This document shows, in pieces, positions 29,895 through 40,041 of a stretch of 64,000 bases of DNA. Below the pieces are notes generated by a model. That model was not told the origin of the DNA. It ran no database searches and saw only the letters and a program-made list of their open reading frames with translations. Position 1 is the stretch's first letter; each line of letters opens with the position of its first letter. The position numbers and the translations under genes were made by a program. The stretch comes from an uncultured Chloroflexia bacterium. GTDB lineage: Bacteria; Chloroflexota; Anaerolineae; Anaerolineales; UBA4823. The stretch is from NCBI GenBank assembly GCA_963788145.1, contig CAWBFQ010000003.1, positions 219,716 to 283,715 of the forward strand. Reading direction: 5' to 3'.

Positions 29895-31481
29895 TTATGC
29901 TAGGATGGATGGCTTTCTGGATCGCCAGCTATCACTGGTTGTAGCTGTTTCATAGGCATAACCGATCTTAAAAAGGGTCGCTTCCGAGTAATCCGGCCCA
30001 AGTAGCTGGATGCCAATTGGCAGCCCATCCTGATCCAATCCGGCTGGCAGTGAGATGCCGGGGATGCCGGCGTGATTCGCTGGGACAGTCAGCTGATCGG
30101 CGTATTGCATCAGGACCGAATCGCCATAAACATTCGCCATTGGAAAAGCGGTAGTCGGCGTTGTTGGGGTCAAGAGTGCGTGCAGGCGATAGCGCCCGCC
30201 TGGATTAAAAGCCTGCTCAAAATCGGTGCGGATCAGGGTTCGGACACGTAATGCCCGGTTGTAATATTGTTCGCTGTATTGGGCTGCGCTGACGTACATG
30301 CCCATTAATATTCGTAGTTTTGGCTGCAAACCAAATCCCTGGGCGTGCGATTGGCGATACATCTGCTGTAAATCTTCAACTGCCTCAGGCGTGCGATATC
30401 CGTACTTCACCCCGTCGTAGCGATGCAGGTTAGAAGCCGCCTCGACCCTGGAGACCACAAAATACGCCGGGATGCCGAAGCGTGTATGCGGCAAGGGGAT
30501 GTCTTCAACAATATCTGCTCCCATTTCAGCCAGTCTGCCCGCCGCCCGCAGCACTGCCTGTTCGATTTCTGCGCCAATCGGAGATTCCTGGATCTCGCCT
30601 GTTTGGGGATCAGGGAAGGTGATCCTGAAGTAATTCGGCGAGAGCCCTATCCGCAGGCCGCGCAAGTCGGCCTCCAATGCAGCCAGATAATTGGGGACGG
30701 GTACAGTTGTGGAGGTGGCATCGTGTGTATCGACCCCCGCAATGACTTGTAGCATCATGGCAGCGTCGGTTATATTTTGCGCAACCGGTCCGGGGCAATC
30801 GAGAGAAGAGCCAAAGGCGATCAGTCCGTATCTGGAAACGCGCCCGTAGGTGGGTTTCACACCCACCACACCGCAAAAAGCGGCTGGCTGGCGGACCGAT
30901 CCAGCTGTGTCAGTGCCCAAGGAAAGCTGGCCTTCTCCGGCTGCTACTGCTGACGCGCAGCCTCCTGAAGATCCACCCGGAACCCGGCTGAGATCCCACG
31001 GGTTGCGCGGGCTGGGTTGAAAAGCTGACGATTCGCTGGAGGAGCCGTAGGTGAATTCATCCAAATTCACTTTTCCCAGTATGACCGCTCCTTCATCAAT
31101 CATGCGCTGCACCGGTGTGGCGGTGTATGGCGCCTTGAAATTTGCCAGGATGCGCGAGCCGGCGGTGGAATACGTCCCTTTTACGGTAAAGATATCTTTC
31201 ACTGTGAAGGGCACTCCGGCAAGCAAACCCGGCTCCTCCCCCGCAGCGATTCTTTGATCAACAGCCCTGGCTTGTTGGCGAGCCTGCTCGTCAGTCAATG
31301 AAATGAATGCATGCACTTTTTCAGGCTCTATTGTGTTGGAAGATTTGGGAGAAATAGACCCCGGTAGACCGTCGACATCCCGGATGCGCTTCAGAGTTGA
31401 ATCGAGGATTTCTTCCGCCGAAATTTCTTTCTGGTGAACCATTCTTACCAATTGATGAGCGGGATGATCACATAAATCCAT
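29895..31481 (-). CDS. gatA: Glutamyl-tRNA(Gln)/aspartyl-tRNA(Asn) amidotransferase subunit A
   Basis: 528 aa. The amidase signature is GGSSGGCASAVAAGEGQLSLGTDTAGSVRQPAAFCGVVGVKPTYGRVSRYG. Confidence 0.9.
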   Translation of the reverse strand: MDLCDHPAHQLVRMVHQKEISAEEILDSTLKRIRDVDGLPGSISPKSSNTIEPEKVHAFISLTDEQARQQARAVDQRIAAGEEPGLLAGVPFTVKDIFTVKGTYSTAGSRILANFKAPYTATPVQRMIDEGAVILGKVNLDEFTYGSSSESSAFQPSPRNPWDLSRVPGGSSGGCASAVAAGEGQLSLGTDTAGSVRQPAAFCGVVGVKPTYGRVSRYGLIAFGSSLDCPGPVAQNITDAAMMLQVIAGVDTHDATSTTVPVPNYLAALEADLRGLRIGLSPNYFRITFPDPQTGEIQESPIGAEIEQAVLRAAGRLAEMGADIVEDIPLPHTRFGIPAYFVVSRVEAASNLHRYDGVKYGYRTPEAVEDLQQMYRQSHAQGFGLQPKLRILMGMYVSAAQYSEQYYNRALRVRTLIRTDFEQAFNPGGRYRLHALLTPTTPTTAFPMANVYGDSVLMQYADQLTVPANHAGIPGISLPAGLDQDGLPIGIQLLGPDYSEATLFKIGYAYETATTSDSWRSRKPSILA

Positions 31482-31530
31482 AAGTTTACATTTCCCGATA
31501 TGCCTTGATGTCGATGATTATGAATACTAT

Positions 31531-31848
31531 TTATATTTCTGTATGAGGGATTTCTGGCACAATAATATAGCCGTCTTGGATTTCAGGGGCTTGCTCCAGA
31601 ATGGTCTCCGGGTCGGGGTAGGGAATTCAGCTATCTCCCCGAAACTTCTGACTAATTAGGGCGGTGTACGGAACCCCGTGGGCGGCCAGTGGGGTTGCGG
31701 GGTCAAGCGGGATAGCTTCCAATTCTTCGATGGCTTTCATCTGCTTATTGAGTTGGTCGCGCAAGTAATCCGATTCCTCTGGATCTAATTCCAACGAGGC
31801 GAGATGAACCAGGTGGATGAACAATTCGGGTGAAATATTCTCAGTCAT
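31531..31848 (-). CDS. gatC: Amidotransferase subunit C with an in-frame TGA at codon 74 (31627-31629)
   Basis: ATG 31848 has GGAGTAA upstream. The protein starts MTENISPELFIHLVHLASLELDPEESDYLRDQLNKQMKAIEELEAIPLD. After TGA the same frame continues IPYPDPETILEQAPEIQDGYIIVPEIPHTEI, which is the conserved GatC C-terminus (NAP..DGY..VP). The ORF-track piece alone is 31627..31893. Confidence 0.75.
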
Positions 31849-31917
31849 CTGATTTACTCCTGAGCGAGTTTTAGTCTGCGCGTCGAGATTCACTCACAGA
31901 CTGTGTTTGGTACAATG

Positions 31918-31925
31918 ATTATACA
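31918..31925 (-). promoter_or_regulatory. Extended -10 element TGTATAAT (minus strand) about 70 nt upstream of gatC
   Basis: Read from the sequence. An overlapping plus-strand TGGTACAAT (31908-31916) and TGCTATAAT (31969-31977) could serve the divergent acyl-CoA dehydrogenase gene. Confidence 0.3.
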
Positions 31926-32078
31926 TCAATCAGATATGAGTGAAAGCCGGAACTAAGCCACCCAGCCATGCTATAATCAATGCCAAATAAAGCTCAGATG
32001 GATTTTTCCCAATTTTAGTACAACGATATTTGTGACGGAAGATCATTGCAGAAAATAGAAATCCGGCAGGAGGAAACA

Positions 32079-33248
32079 ATGTCCCAAGCTGAATTATTTC
32101 CCTTCACAGGCGAGCATGAAATGATCCGCCAGGCAGCCCGAGATTTTGCCCAAAAAGAAATTGTCCCCATCGCAGCCGAATTTGATGAGAGCGGCGATTT
32201 TCCCTTGAAAACCGTTCAGAAGATGGGGGAAATGGGATTTATGGGAATTGAAGCGCCAGAGGAATATGGCGGCGCCGGCATGGATACTCTGGCCTATGTA
32301 TTGGCGCTGGAAGAAATCAGCAAAGCAGACGGTGCGCATGGCGTGATCATGTCGGTGAATAACTCGCTTTACGGGCACGGTCTGCTCAAATTTGGGACCG
32401 AGGCGCAAAAGCAGAAATTTCTGCGCCCGGTGGCTTCCGGCGAGGTGGTTGGGGCGTATTCGCTCACCGAGCCGATGTCTGGATCCGATGCCGGGACCAT
32501 GCGCAGCCGCGCCGTCCGAGATGGCGACCATTATGTCCTGAACGGACGCAAATCCTGGGTAACCAGCGGACCGGTTGCTAAGTTTCTTGTTGTGTTCATG
32601 TTGACCGACCCGGCTAAAGGCCATCAAGGAATCAGCGCATTTCTTGTCGATAGCGATCAGCCCGGTTTTGTGCGCGGCAAGAAAGAGCCAAAACTGGGCA
32701 TTCGTGCTTCAGCCACCAGTGAAATCGCTTTTGAAGATTACACTGTCTCGGCTGAAAATATGCTTGGAAAAGAGGGGGATGGTTTCAAGATTGCGATGAC
32801 CGTGCTGGACGCCGGGCGAATTGGAATTGCATCCCAGGCGCTCGGGATTGCTGAAGCGGCATTTGAAGCCAGCGTCGAATATGCCAGGGAGCGTGAAGCG
32901 TTTGGTCAAAAAATCGGCCAGTTCCAAGGAATTGGTTTTAAACTGGCAGATATGAAGGTGCGGATCGAAGCCAGCCGCTTGCTGATCTATAACGCGGCGA
33001 TAGCGAAGGAGCGCTCGAAGATTACTGGCGAAAGGTTCACCCTGCAAGCCTCGATGGCAAAGCTGTTTGCTTCAGAAACCGCAAATTTCGTCTCCGATGA
33101 AGCCGTTCAAATTCATGGTGGGATGGGATACAGTAAAGAATTGCCGGTTGAACGCTATTTTCGTGACGCTCGCATTACTGAGATTTATGAGGGGACCAGC
33201 GAAATTCAACGTTTGGTCATCGCCCGCAGCGTCACCGGGCTAAAATGA
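32079..33248 (+). CDS. Acyl-CoA dehydrogenase (short/medium-chain type)
   Basis: ORF track 32046..33248. I prefer ATG 32079, behind GGCAGGAGGA. Motifs seen are YGGAGMDTLAYVLALEEISK, YSLTEPMSGSDAG and QIHGGMGYSKELPVERYFRDARITEIYEGTSEIQ. Confidence 0.85.
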   Translation: MSQAELFPFTGEHEMIRQAARDFAQKEIVPIAAEFDESGDFPLKTVQKMGEMGFMGIEAPEEYGGAGMDTLAYVLALEEISKADGAHGVIMSVNNSLYGHGLLKFGTEAQKQKFLRPVASGEVVGAYSLTEPMSGSDAGTMRSRAVRDGDHYVLNGRKSWVTSGPVAKFLVVFMLTDPAKGHQGISAFLVDSDQPGFVRGKKEPKLGIRASATSEIAFEDYTVSAENMLGKEGDGFKIAMTVLDAGRIGIASQALGIAEAAFEASVEYAREREAFGQKIGQFQGIGFKLADMKVRIEASRLLIYNAAIAKERSKITGERFTLQASMAKLFASETANFVSDEAVQIHGGMGYSKELPVERYFRDARITEIYEGTSEIQRLVIARSVTGLK

Positions 33249-33361
33249 ATCTGATCTGCTAAATCAGATCTACTTACTGAGGGATATCCAGGCGATGATG
33301 AAGAGTTTGCAGCGATTTCGAGATTCGTCGATCTGAACGGATTGCAGCCAAGGAACAGACA

Positions 33362-35371
33362 ATGCCCACCGGCACCGCTGATGTGCTGAATATCAGCGAG
33401 CGCAGCAGGTCGGCTAGATGGCTTGTTTCGGGGTTACTTTTTTGCGGCATGATCTTGATGGGGGTGGGGTTATTTTTCTTTCAATCGATTGAGAGAACGG
33501 CTTCTCACCTTTTTTATTGGATCCTTTTTATCGGTGGGTTAGCGTTATTCGCAGTGGGCAGCCTGGCGATTAGACTGCCAAAATGGATGGATTGGTTGGA
33601 GCGACAAGCTCGCAGGATTAAAAGCCAGTTGGGGATACAGTCGCGGCAGTCGCTCTATCTTATCGTCAGCATTGTAGCTGTGATCATTACTACTCAAGCC
33701 GCCGGATTTGGTCCGCTCATGCGCGCTCCATCGCTTGCAGTCACTTCCTGGTTTGTGGGAATTTTTTTGGCGATTTTGGTAGTTGGGACACCGATGAAGA
33801 AACAGGTAAGCATAAGATTAATTGGAAGCCGATCCTTCTTTTTTCTCTTTTTGTGATGATTGCCTTTCTTGTTCGGGGGATTAATACGGCTGAAATACCG
33901 CATGTATTGTCCGGAGACGAGGCTGATTCTGGATTAGGCTCGGTGGATTTCATTAAAGGCAAAATAAATAACATTTTCTCAATAGGGTGGTATTCATTCC
34001 CAGCCCTGTTCTATTTCTTGCAGTCTTTATCGATTCGTTTGATCGGCCAAAACACCGAAGCTTTGCGCTTATTTTCAGCCTTATCCGGTGCATTGACCAT
34101 CGGAGTGATTTATTTATTGGTGCGGGTGATGTTCGACGAGTGGGCTGGATTGGCTGCTGCGATCTTTATGACTGCGTTTCACTTCCATATCAATTTCAGC
34201 CGAATTGGGCTGAACAACATCTGGGATGGTCTTTGGTTCACGCTCACCTTAGGGCTTTTCTGGCAGAGTTGGAGAAGCGAGAAACGCAGTTATTTTTTGT
34301 GGACGGGTTTGGCGTTGGGATTCTCTCAATATTTCTATGTGAGCGCCCGTATGATCCCGATCATTGCCATTGTCTGGATAACGATCGTCAGCATACTTGA
34401 TTTTGACCATTTTAAGCGAGTTTGGGTGAATTTTGGATTCACATTCTTTATCGCACTGATCGTTTATTTACCATTAGGTCTCTTTTTTCTTAAATTATCC
34501 CAATGAGTTTTTATCGCCATTGAACCGGGTTTCGATCTTTGGGCGATGGATGGAAGATACTATTCGCATTACCGGGAAACCTTTCTGGGAGCTAATTTTT
34601 GAGCAGATCAGCGCTGGTTTTCAAGGGTTTACCCATATCCCGTTGCGCGTCTGGTATGAACCTGGGACGCCGCTTCTGCGACCCTATGCCGCGATCGCTT
34701 TCTTCATGGGATTGATCTCCCTCGCGGTCAAACCAAAAGATGATCGCTCCCTTTTACTGGCAATTTGGCTGATTGCCGGTGGCCTTTCCATCAGCTTCAG
34801 CGAGAGTGCGCCTGCCGCCCAAAGATTTGTGAGCGTTGCCCCGGCTGCTGCGATTTTGGTGGGAGTTGGGATCACAGAATTCTTCTCACAGGTCGGAAAA
34901 ATCTGGCCGCGTATATCCAGGCTGCTCATGTTCGTCAGTCTATTGGCGGTGTTGGCTATCAGCCTGGATGAGTTTCGTTTTTATTTCTTTGAATACGCGC
35001 CCACCAGCCAATTTGGTGGGGATCACACCTTGATAGCCCAGGATCTGGCTGATTTGCTGCAGCAGCGTGGGAGCGAATGGAAAGTCCTCTTCTTTGGTTT
35101 TCCCGAGATGGGCTACCATTCGATAATGAGTTTGCCTTACTTGGCGCCCCACATCCAGGGGATAGATTTTAGCTCAGTTTCGGAATTACCGCCGGACTTA
35201 AGAGTGATTGGCGATCATTTGATTCTGGTATTTCTCAACCCACATGAAGTTGATTTAAGATTCATCCTGAAGAAATATCCGGGCGGGACGCTGCGGGAAG
35301 TTCAGCGGAGATACCCTGCTCAGGGTGTCGTCTATCGATCTTATGAGGTAATCCTGGAAGAGGCTCCATAA
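33362..35371 (+). pseudogene. GT-C glycosyltransferase, family 39/ArnT-like, broken by 2 frame shifts at T-runs
   Basis: The pieces are 33362..33856, 33853..34506 and 34520..35371. The middle piece has the ArnT/PMT-like start (LVRGINTAEIPHVLSGDEA...RLFSALSGALTIGVIYLL). The frames join across T-runs at 33762-33768 or 33839-33852, and across T6 at 34483-34488 (...GLFFLNYPNEFLSPLNRVSIFG). Confidence 0.6.
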
Positions 35372-35821
35372 ATGATGCCTAAGGACCTCAGGCGACCATT
35401 AAGCGTATCTCTGTTGAGTGATTTGGTGTTAATTCTTGCAGTGTTCAATCTGGTGAGGGCTGGCCAGGCGCTGGCAGATTATTCTTTTCTGCAAAGCCTG
35501 CTTCCATTTTCTCCTATATATGTTGTGGCTACCGGATTATTCTGGGGATTGACGAGTTTAGTCATCGCCTGGTGTTTTTGGAAGGGGGTGCGGGCCGGTC
35601 GTTGGTTGTTGATAGCCAATATTGGCTTGTATTCCTTGTTCTATTGGTTGGATCGGATTTTAATGCCGGGATATCTGGTTCGCAACATGAATTGGTTATA
35701 TATAGTTGTTTGTAACCTTTTTATACTTGGTTGGGTGATTTGGGTTTGCACACGACCCAAAGTAAAAATGTATTTCGAGGGAACTGATGAGCAAAGACCA
35801 GAAGAAAGCACAACTGCATGA
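35372..35821 (+). CDS. Small integral membrane protein (4 predicted helices)
   Basis: 149 aa and hydrophobic. Its start abuts the stop of the glycosyltransferase gene. Confidence 0.5.
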   Translation: MMPKDLRRPLSVSLLSDLVLILAVFNLVRAGQALADYSFLQSLLPFSPIYVVATGLFWGLTSLVIAWCFWKGVRAGRWLLIANIGLYSLFYWLDRILMPGYLVRNMNWLYIVVCNLFILGWVIWVCTRPKVKMYFEGTDEQRPEESTTA

Positions 35822-37337
35822 ACTCAAAGCGAAGAGTTCTAATCGGTGGAGGGCAAGATCGGATCGAGGCTCAGCACCAACGTGGGCGGTTGACAGCTCG
35901 TGAAAGGTTGGATTTGCTCCTGGATCGCGGCTCTTTTCGTGAGATGGATGCTTTCGTTCAGCATCGAACAGTCGATTTTGGATTAGAAAAACAGCAATAC
36001 CTCGGTGATAGCGTAGTGACCGGTTGGGGGACGATCAATGGTCGCCTGGTTTATGTTTTTTCCCAGGATTTTACCGTTTTTGGCGGAAGCCTGGGCGAGG
36101 TTCATGCTGAAAAAATTTGCAAGATTATGGATATGGCCCTCAAGAACGGTGCGCCGGTGATTGGTTTGAATGATTTGGGTGGCGCCCGCATCCAAGAGGG
36201 AGTGGTTTCGCTAGGTGGATATGCCGATATTTTCTTGCGTAACACCCTCTCTTCTGGCGTAGTGCCGCAGATCAGTGCGATCATGGGACCTTGTGCGGGT
36301 GGAGCTGTCTATTCGCCTGCTCTGACTGATTTTATCTTCATGGTGCGCAATTCATCCTATATGTTCGTCACCGGCCCGGATGTGGTCCGTACGGTCACCC
36401 ATGAAAATGTCACCTTTGAGGAATTAGGCGGGGCTGCCGTCCATGCAGAGGTTTCTGGCGTGTGTCATGTAGCGACAGAGACGGAAGCCGAAACGCTCTA
36501 TTTAATCCGGAAGCTAATGACCTACCTCCCGCAGAACAATATGGAAGACCCCCCAGAAATCAATTCCGGCGATGAACCCCTCAGGATGGAAGCGGCATTA
36601 GATCAGATTATCCCGGATGATCCAAGCAAGCCTTATGATATAAAGGAAGTGATCTGTCTAATTGTCGATCAAAGCGACTTCTTCGAGATCCATGCAAACT
36701 ACGCCACCAACATCGTGGTTGGATTTGCCCGTCTTGGTGGACACAGCATCGGGATCGTGGCGAACCAACCGGCTTCATTGGCGGGCGTACTGGATATCAA
36801 CGCCTCAGAGAAAGCGGCTCGTTTTATTCGTTTCTGTGATGCGTTCAATCTTCCGGTAGTTACTTTTGTGGATGTGCCCGGCTTTCTTCCTGGTACGGTT
36901 CAAGAGCATGGAGGCATTATTCGTTCAGGAGCGAAGCTATTATTCGCTTATTGCGAGACCACAGTGCCCAAACTGACAGTCATTACCCGCAAAGCATATG
37001 GCGGAGCATATGATGTGATGAGCAGCAAACATATTCGCGGCGATATCAACTTTGCTTGGCCAACTGCTGAAATTGCAGTAATGGGTCCTGATGGAGCGGT
37101 CAATATCATCTTTCGCAAAGAACTGGCCAATGCGAATGATCCGGTCAAGAGAAAGGCGGAGTTGGTGAGCGAATATCGCGCCAAATTCGCCAATCCCTAT
37201 GTGGCGGCTTCGCGCGGCTACGTCGATGATGTGATTGAGCCGCACGAGACTCGCCGCGTTTAATCAACGGGTTGGAGATGCTGGCAAATAAGCGCGATTT
37301 AAACCCGGCCAAAAAACATAGCTGCATTCCTCTCTAA
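35787..37337 (+). pseudogene. Acyl-CoA carboxylase carboxyltransferase (beta) subunit, propionyl-CoA-carboxylase-like, with frame shifts at both ends
   Basis: The core is ORF 35818..37263 ([27 protein letters not shown]...[20 protein letters not shown]...GGARIQEGV). A typical N-terminus ([16 protein letters not shown]) lies in another frame from ATG 35787. A typical C-terminus (INGLEMLANKRDLNPAKKHSCIPL, stop 37335-37337) follows in another frame after TTT 37259-37261. Confidence 0.75.
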
Positions 37338-37363
37338 GATTGCAGATTAAGGACATCCGAGTG

Positions 37364-38878
37364 ATGTTTAACAAAGTTTTGATTGCCAACCGTGGTGAGA
37401 TTGCTGTCCGGATTGTACGAGCATGTCGCGAGATTGGCGTGCAATCTGTGGCGATATTCTCTGAAGCAGATCGCCAGGCTTTGCATGTCCGCCATGCCGA
37501 CGAGGCATATTTGATTGGTCCTGCTGCGGCGCGCAATTCTTACCTCAGAATGGATCGAATCATTGAGGTCGCCAAACGCAGTGGGGCAAATGCTATCCAT
37601 CCAGGTTATGGTTTCCTGGCTGAAAGAGCCGATTTTGCTCAGGCTTGCCTGGATTCTGGTTTGGCTTTTATTGGTCCGAAGCCGTCCTCCATTGCTGCTA
37701 TGGGAGATAAAGCGGTTGCGAGGGCAACCGTCTCGGCAGCTGGTGTCCCGGTTGTGCCTGGCACCGAGGGCGAAGGGGCGTTGTTGGACGAGGATCTACT
37801 TCAATTAGCACCTCAAATCGGTTTTCCATTGTTGATCAAAGCGACCGCTGGCGGCGGTGGCAAAGGCATGCGAGAGGTTCATGACATTGTTGAAATGCCA
37901 GGTTTGTTGCACGCCGCCCGCCGCGAAGCTGAAGCGGCCTTTGGAGATGGAAATGTATATCTAGAGAGTCTGGTCGAGGGTGCACGCCATATCGAAATCC
38001 AGATTTTGGCAGATCATATCGGTAACACGATCTATCTCGGAGAGCGCGAATGCTCTATTCAACGCAGGCATCAAAAATTACTTGAAGAATCGCCTTCCCC
38101 ATTTGTCGCCGATGATGAGGATTTGCGCAAGCAGATGGGTTCAGTTGCGGTCCGTGCAGCCGAGGCGGTGGGGTATCATAACGCGGGGACGATTGAATTT
38201 CTGGTGGATAAAGAAAAGAACTTCTATTTTCTGGAGATGAACACACGATTGCAAGTGGAGCATCCAGTTACGGAAATGGCGACCGGGATCGATATCGTCA
38301 AAGAACAATTGCGAATTGCGCGCGGGCGTCCTCTACGCTATTCTCAAGAAGATGTGCAATTGAAAGGCTGGGCAATCGAATGTCGGATTAATGCGGAAGA
38401 CCCGTATAATGGTTTTTTACCCTCTATCGGACAGATCACCCAAATCTTTCAGCCGACCGGCCCAGGTGTGCGTGTAGATACTGGGGTTTATCCTGGTTCT
38501 GAGGTGTCTCCTTATTACGACTCTCTGATCTCGAAATTGATTGTGGTGGGAGAGACGCGCGCAGAGGCGATTTTACGGATGCGCAGAGCACTGGAGGAAT
38601 ATATTATTATCGGTGTGCGTACCAATATCCCGTTTCATCAAAACTTGATGGATTCTACTCGCTTCATGGCCGGACAATTTGACACACGTTTTGTGGAAGA
38701 GCGATTCACAATTGGCTCTGCAGATTCAGAAAAGGGGGACCGATCGGAAATCGCAGCCATCCTGGCCACTTTGGTGGCTCACCGTGAGACCAAGCGGGCT
38801 GCCAATATTGTCCAGCGTAATGAACGGGATACTAGCAATTGGAAATGGCTTGGGCGGTGGGAACGTTTACAGCGATAA
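37364..38878 (+). CDS. accC: Biotin carboxylase subunit of acetyl/propionyl-CoA carboxylase
   Basis: Starts MFNKVLIANRGEIAVRIVRACREIGV and includes HPGYGFLAE, LIKATAGGGGKGMR and EMNTRLQVEHPVTE. ATG 37364 has AAGGA upstream. Confidence 0.85.
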   Translation: MFNKVLIANRGEIAVRIVRACREIGVQSVAIFSEADRQALHVRHADEAYLIGPAAARNSYLRMDRIIEVAKRSGANAIHPGYGFLAERADFAQACLDSGLAFIGPKPSSIAAMGDKAVARATVSAAGVPVVPGTEGEGALLDEDLLQLAPQIGFPLLIKATAGGGGKGMREVHDIVEMPGLLHAARREAEAAFGDGNVYLESLVEGARHIEIQILADHIGNTIYLGERECSIQRRHQKLLEESPSPFVADDEDLRKQMGSVAVRAAEAVGYHNAGTIEFLVDKEKNFYFLEMNTRLQVEHPVTEMATGIDIVKEQLRIARGRPLRYSQEDVQLKGWAIECRINAEDPYNGFLPSIGQITQIFQPTGPGVRVDTGVYPGSEVSPYYDSLISKLIVVGETRAEAILRMRRALEEYIIIGVRTNIPFHQNLMDSTRFMAGQFDTRFVEERFTIGSADSEKGDRSEIAAILATLVAHRETKRAANIVQRNERDTSNWKWLGRWERLQR

Positions 38879-38890
38879 CGGAGTGCTGAA

Positions 38891-39388
38891 ATGCGCTATA
38901 TTACAACGATTGGCAATCATGAATTCCTGGTTGAAGTGCTGGATGAAAAACATATCATCCTGGATGGCAAGACTTATGAGGTGGATTTTGTTTCAGTTGG
39001 GGATCAACCGGTATATTCCTTGTTGCTGGATGGTCTTTCGTATGAAGCATTCATCTATCCAGCAGGCAAAGCCTGGCAGGTGCTTTTTCAAGGTATCTCA
39101 TATGAAGCTCTGGTTGAGGAGGAGATGGAAAAACAACTCCGCATGGCTTCAAGCGGTTCTATAAGCGAGGCTGCTGAGTATCACCTGAAAGCCCCGATGC
39201 CTGGGTTGGTAGCCATGGTGTTTATCTCGGACGGGGATCAGGTTCAGAAGGGCGATGTGTTGATCGTACTGGAGTCGATGAAGATGCAAAATGAGTTAAA
39301 AGCTCCGCGTGCCGGCATGGTAACGCAAATGCGCGTTAAACCTGGAGATGGGGTCGAACAGCGCCAAATTTTGTTAACCCTGGTATAA
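38891..39388 (+). CDS. Biotin carboxyl carrier (biotin/lipoyl attachment) protein
   Basis: The C-terminal domain reads APMPGLV...GDVLIVLESMKMQNELKAPRAGMV, containing the MKM biotinylation motif. Confidence 0.8.
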   Translation: MRYITTIGNHEFLVEVLDEKHIILDGKTYEVDFVSVGDQPVYSLLLDGLSYEAFIYPAGKAWQVLFQGISYEALVEEEMEKQLRMASSGSISEAAEYHLKAPMPGLVAMVFISDGDQVQKGDVLIVLESMKMQNELKAPRAGMVTQMRVKPGDGVEQRQILLTLV

Positions 39389-39406
39389 CTAAGGATAGGT
39401 GATCCG

Positions 39407-40039
39407 TTGGAAAATCAGGAAATCGAGATCAAATTCTATGTACAGGACCTCAACCGAATAAAAACGCGCGTTGAGGCGCTCGGCGGTAAGTTGGTCCAAC
39501 CGCGCGTATTGGAAATCAACCTGCGCTATGACACCACAGATGGCCTTCTGGCTAAGAATTTTCAAGTGCTGCGCTTGCGCCGCGACACCGAATCGAGATT
39601 GACTTTCAAGGGTCCGGCTCAAATGAGCCAGGGTGTGCGCGTGCGCCAGGAGATCGAATTTGTGGTGGATGACTTTGAGAAAGCTAACCTCTTTCTCACC
39701 GCATTGGGCTACCAGACGATCATGATCTACGAGAAATTCCGCACAGTGTATGACCTGGACCTGGTGCATGTCACTCTCGATGAAATGCCTTACGGGGAAT
39801 TTGTGGAGCTGGAAGGACCGGATGTCCCAACGTTAAAATCGGTAAATGAAAAACTGGGCTTGAATTGGGCTGCTGGCGCGCCTGCAAGCTATACCATGCT
39901 TTTCGAGATCATTCGCCAAAAGATGAAATTGTCTTTCCGTGATCTGACTTTTGAGAATTTTGAGACGCTCACCATCAATCCGGACGACTTGGGCGTGGTT
40001 CGGGCGGATGATACGAAGATCAGATGGTCGCCTGAATAG
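39407..40039 (+). CDS. CYTH-domain protein (class IV adenylate cyclase / triphosphatase fold)
   Basis: The N-terminus has the EIEIKF motif, followed by LRLRRD...LTFKGP. The start codon is TTG with AAGGA upstream. Confidence 0.65.
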   Translation: MENQEIEIKFYVQDLNRIKTRVEALGGKLVQPRVLEINLRYDTTDGLLAKNFQVLRLRRDTESRLTFKGPAQMSQGVRVRQEIEFVVDDFEKANLFLTALGYQTIMIYEKFRTVYDLDLVHVTLDEMPYGEFVELEGPDVPTLKSVNEKLGLNWAAGAPASYTMLFEIIRQKMKLSFRDLTFENFETLTINPDDLGVVRADDTKIRWSPE

Positions 40040-40041
40040 AG

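Noticed and set aside
31627-31629. Genome-wide TGA reassignment or selenocysteine in GatC
   Set aside because: Many genes here terminate sensibly at TGA, for example parA at 43856-43858 and the PD40 lipoprotein at 56756-56758. I see no stem-loop of SECIS type just downstream of the gatC TGA. Sec has no plausible role at this GatC position. It is kept only as a low-probability alternative in the finding.
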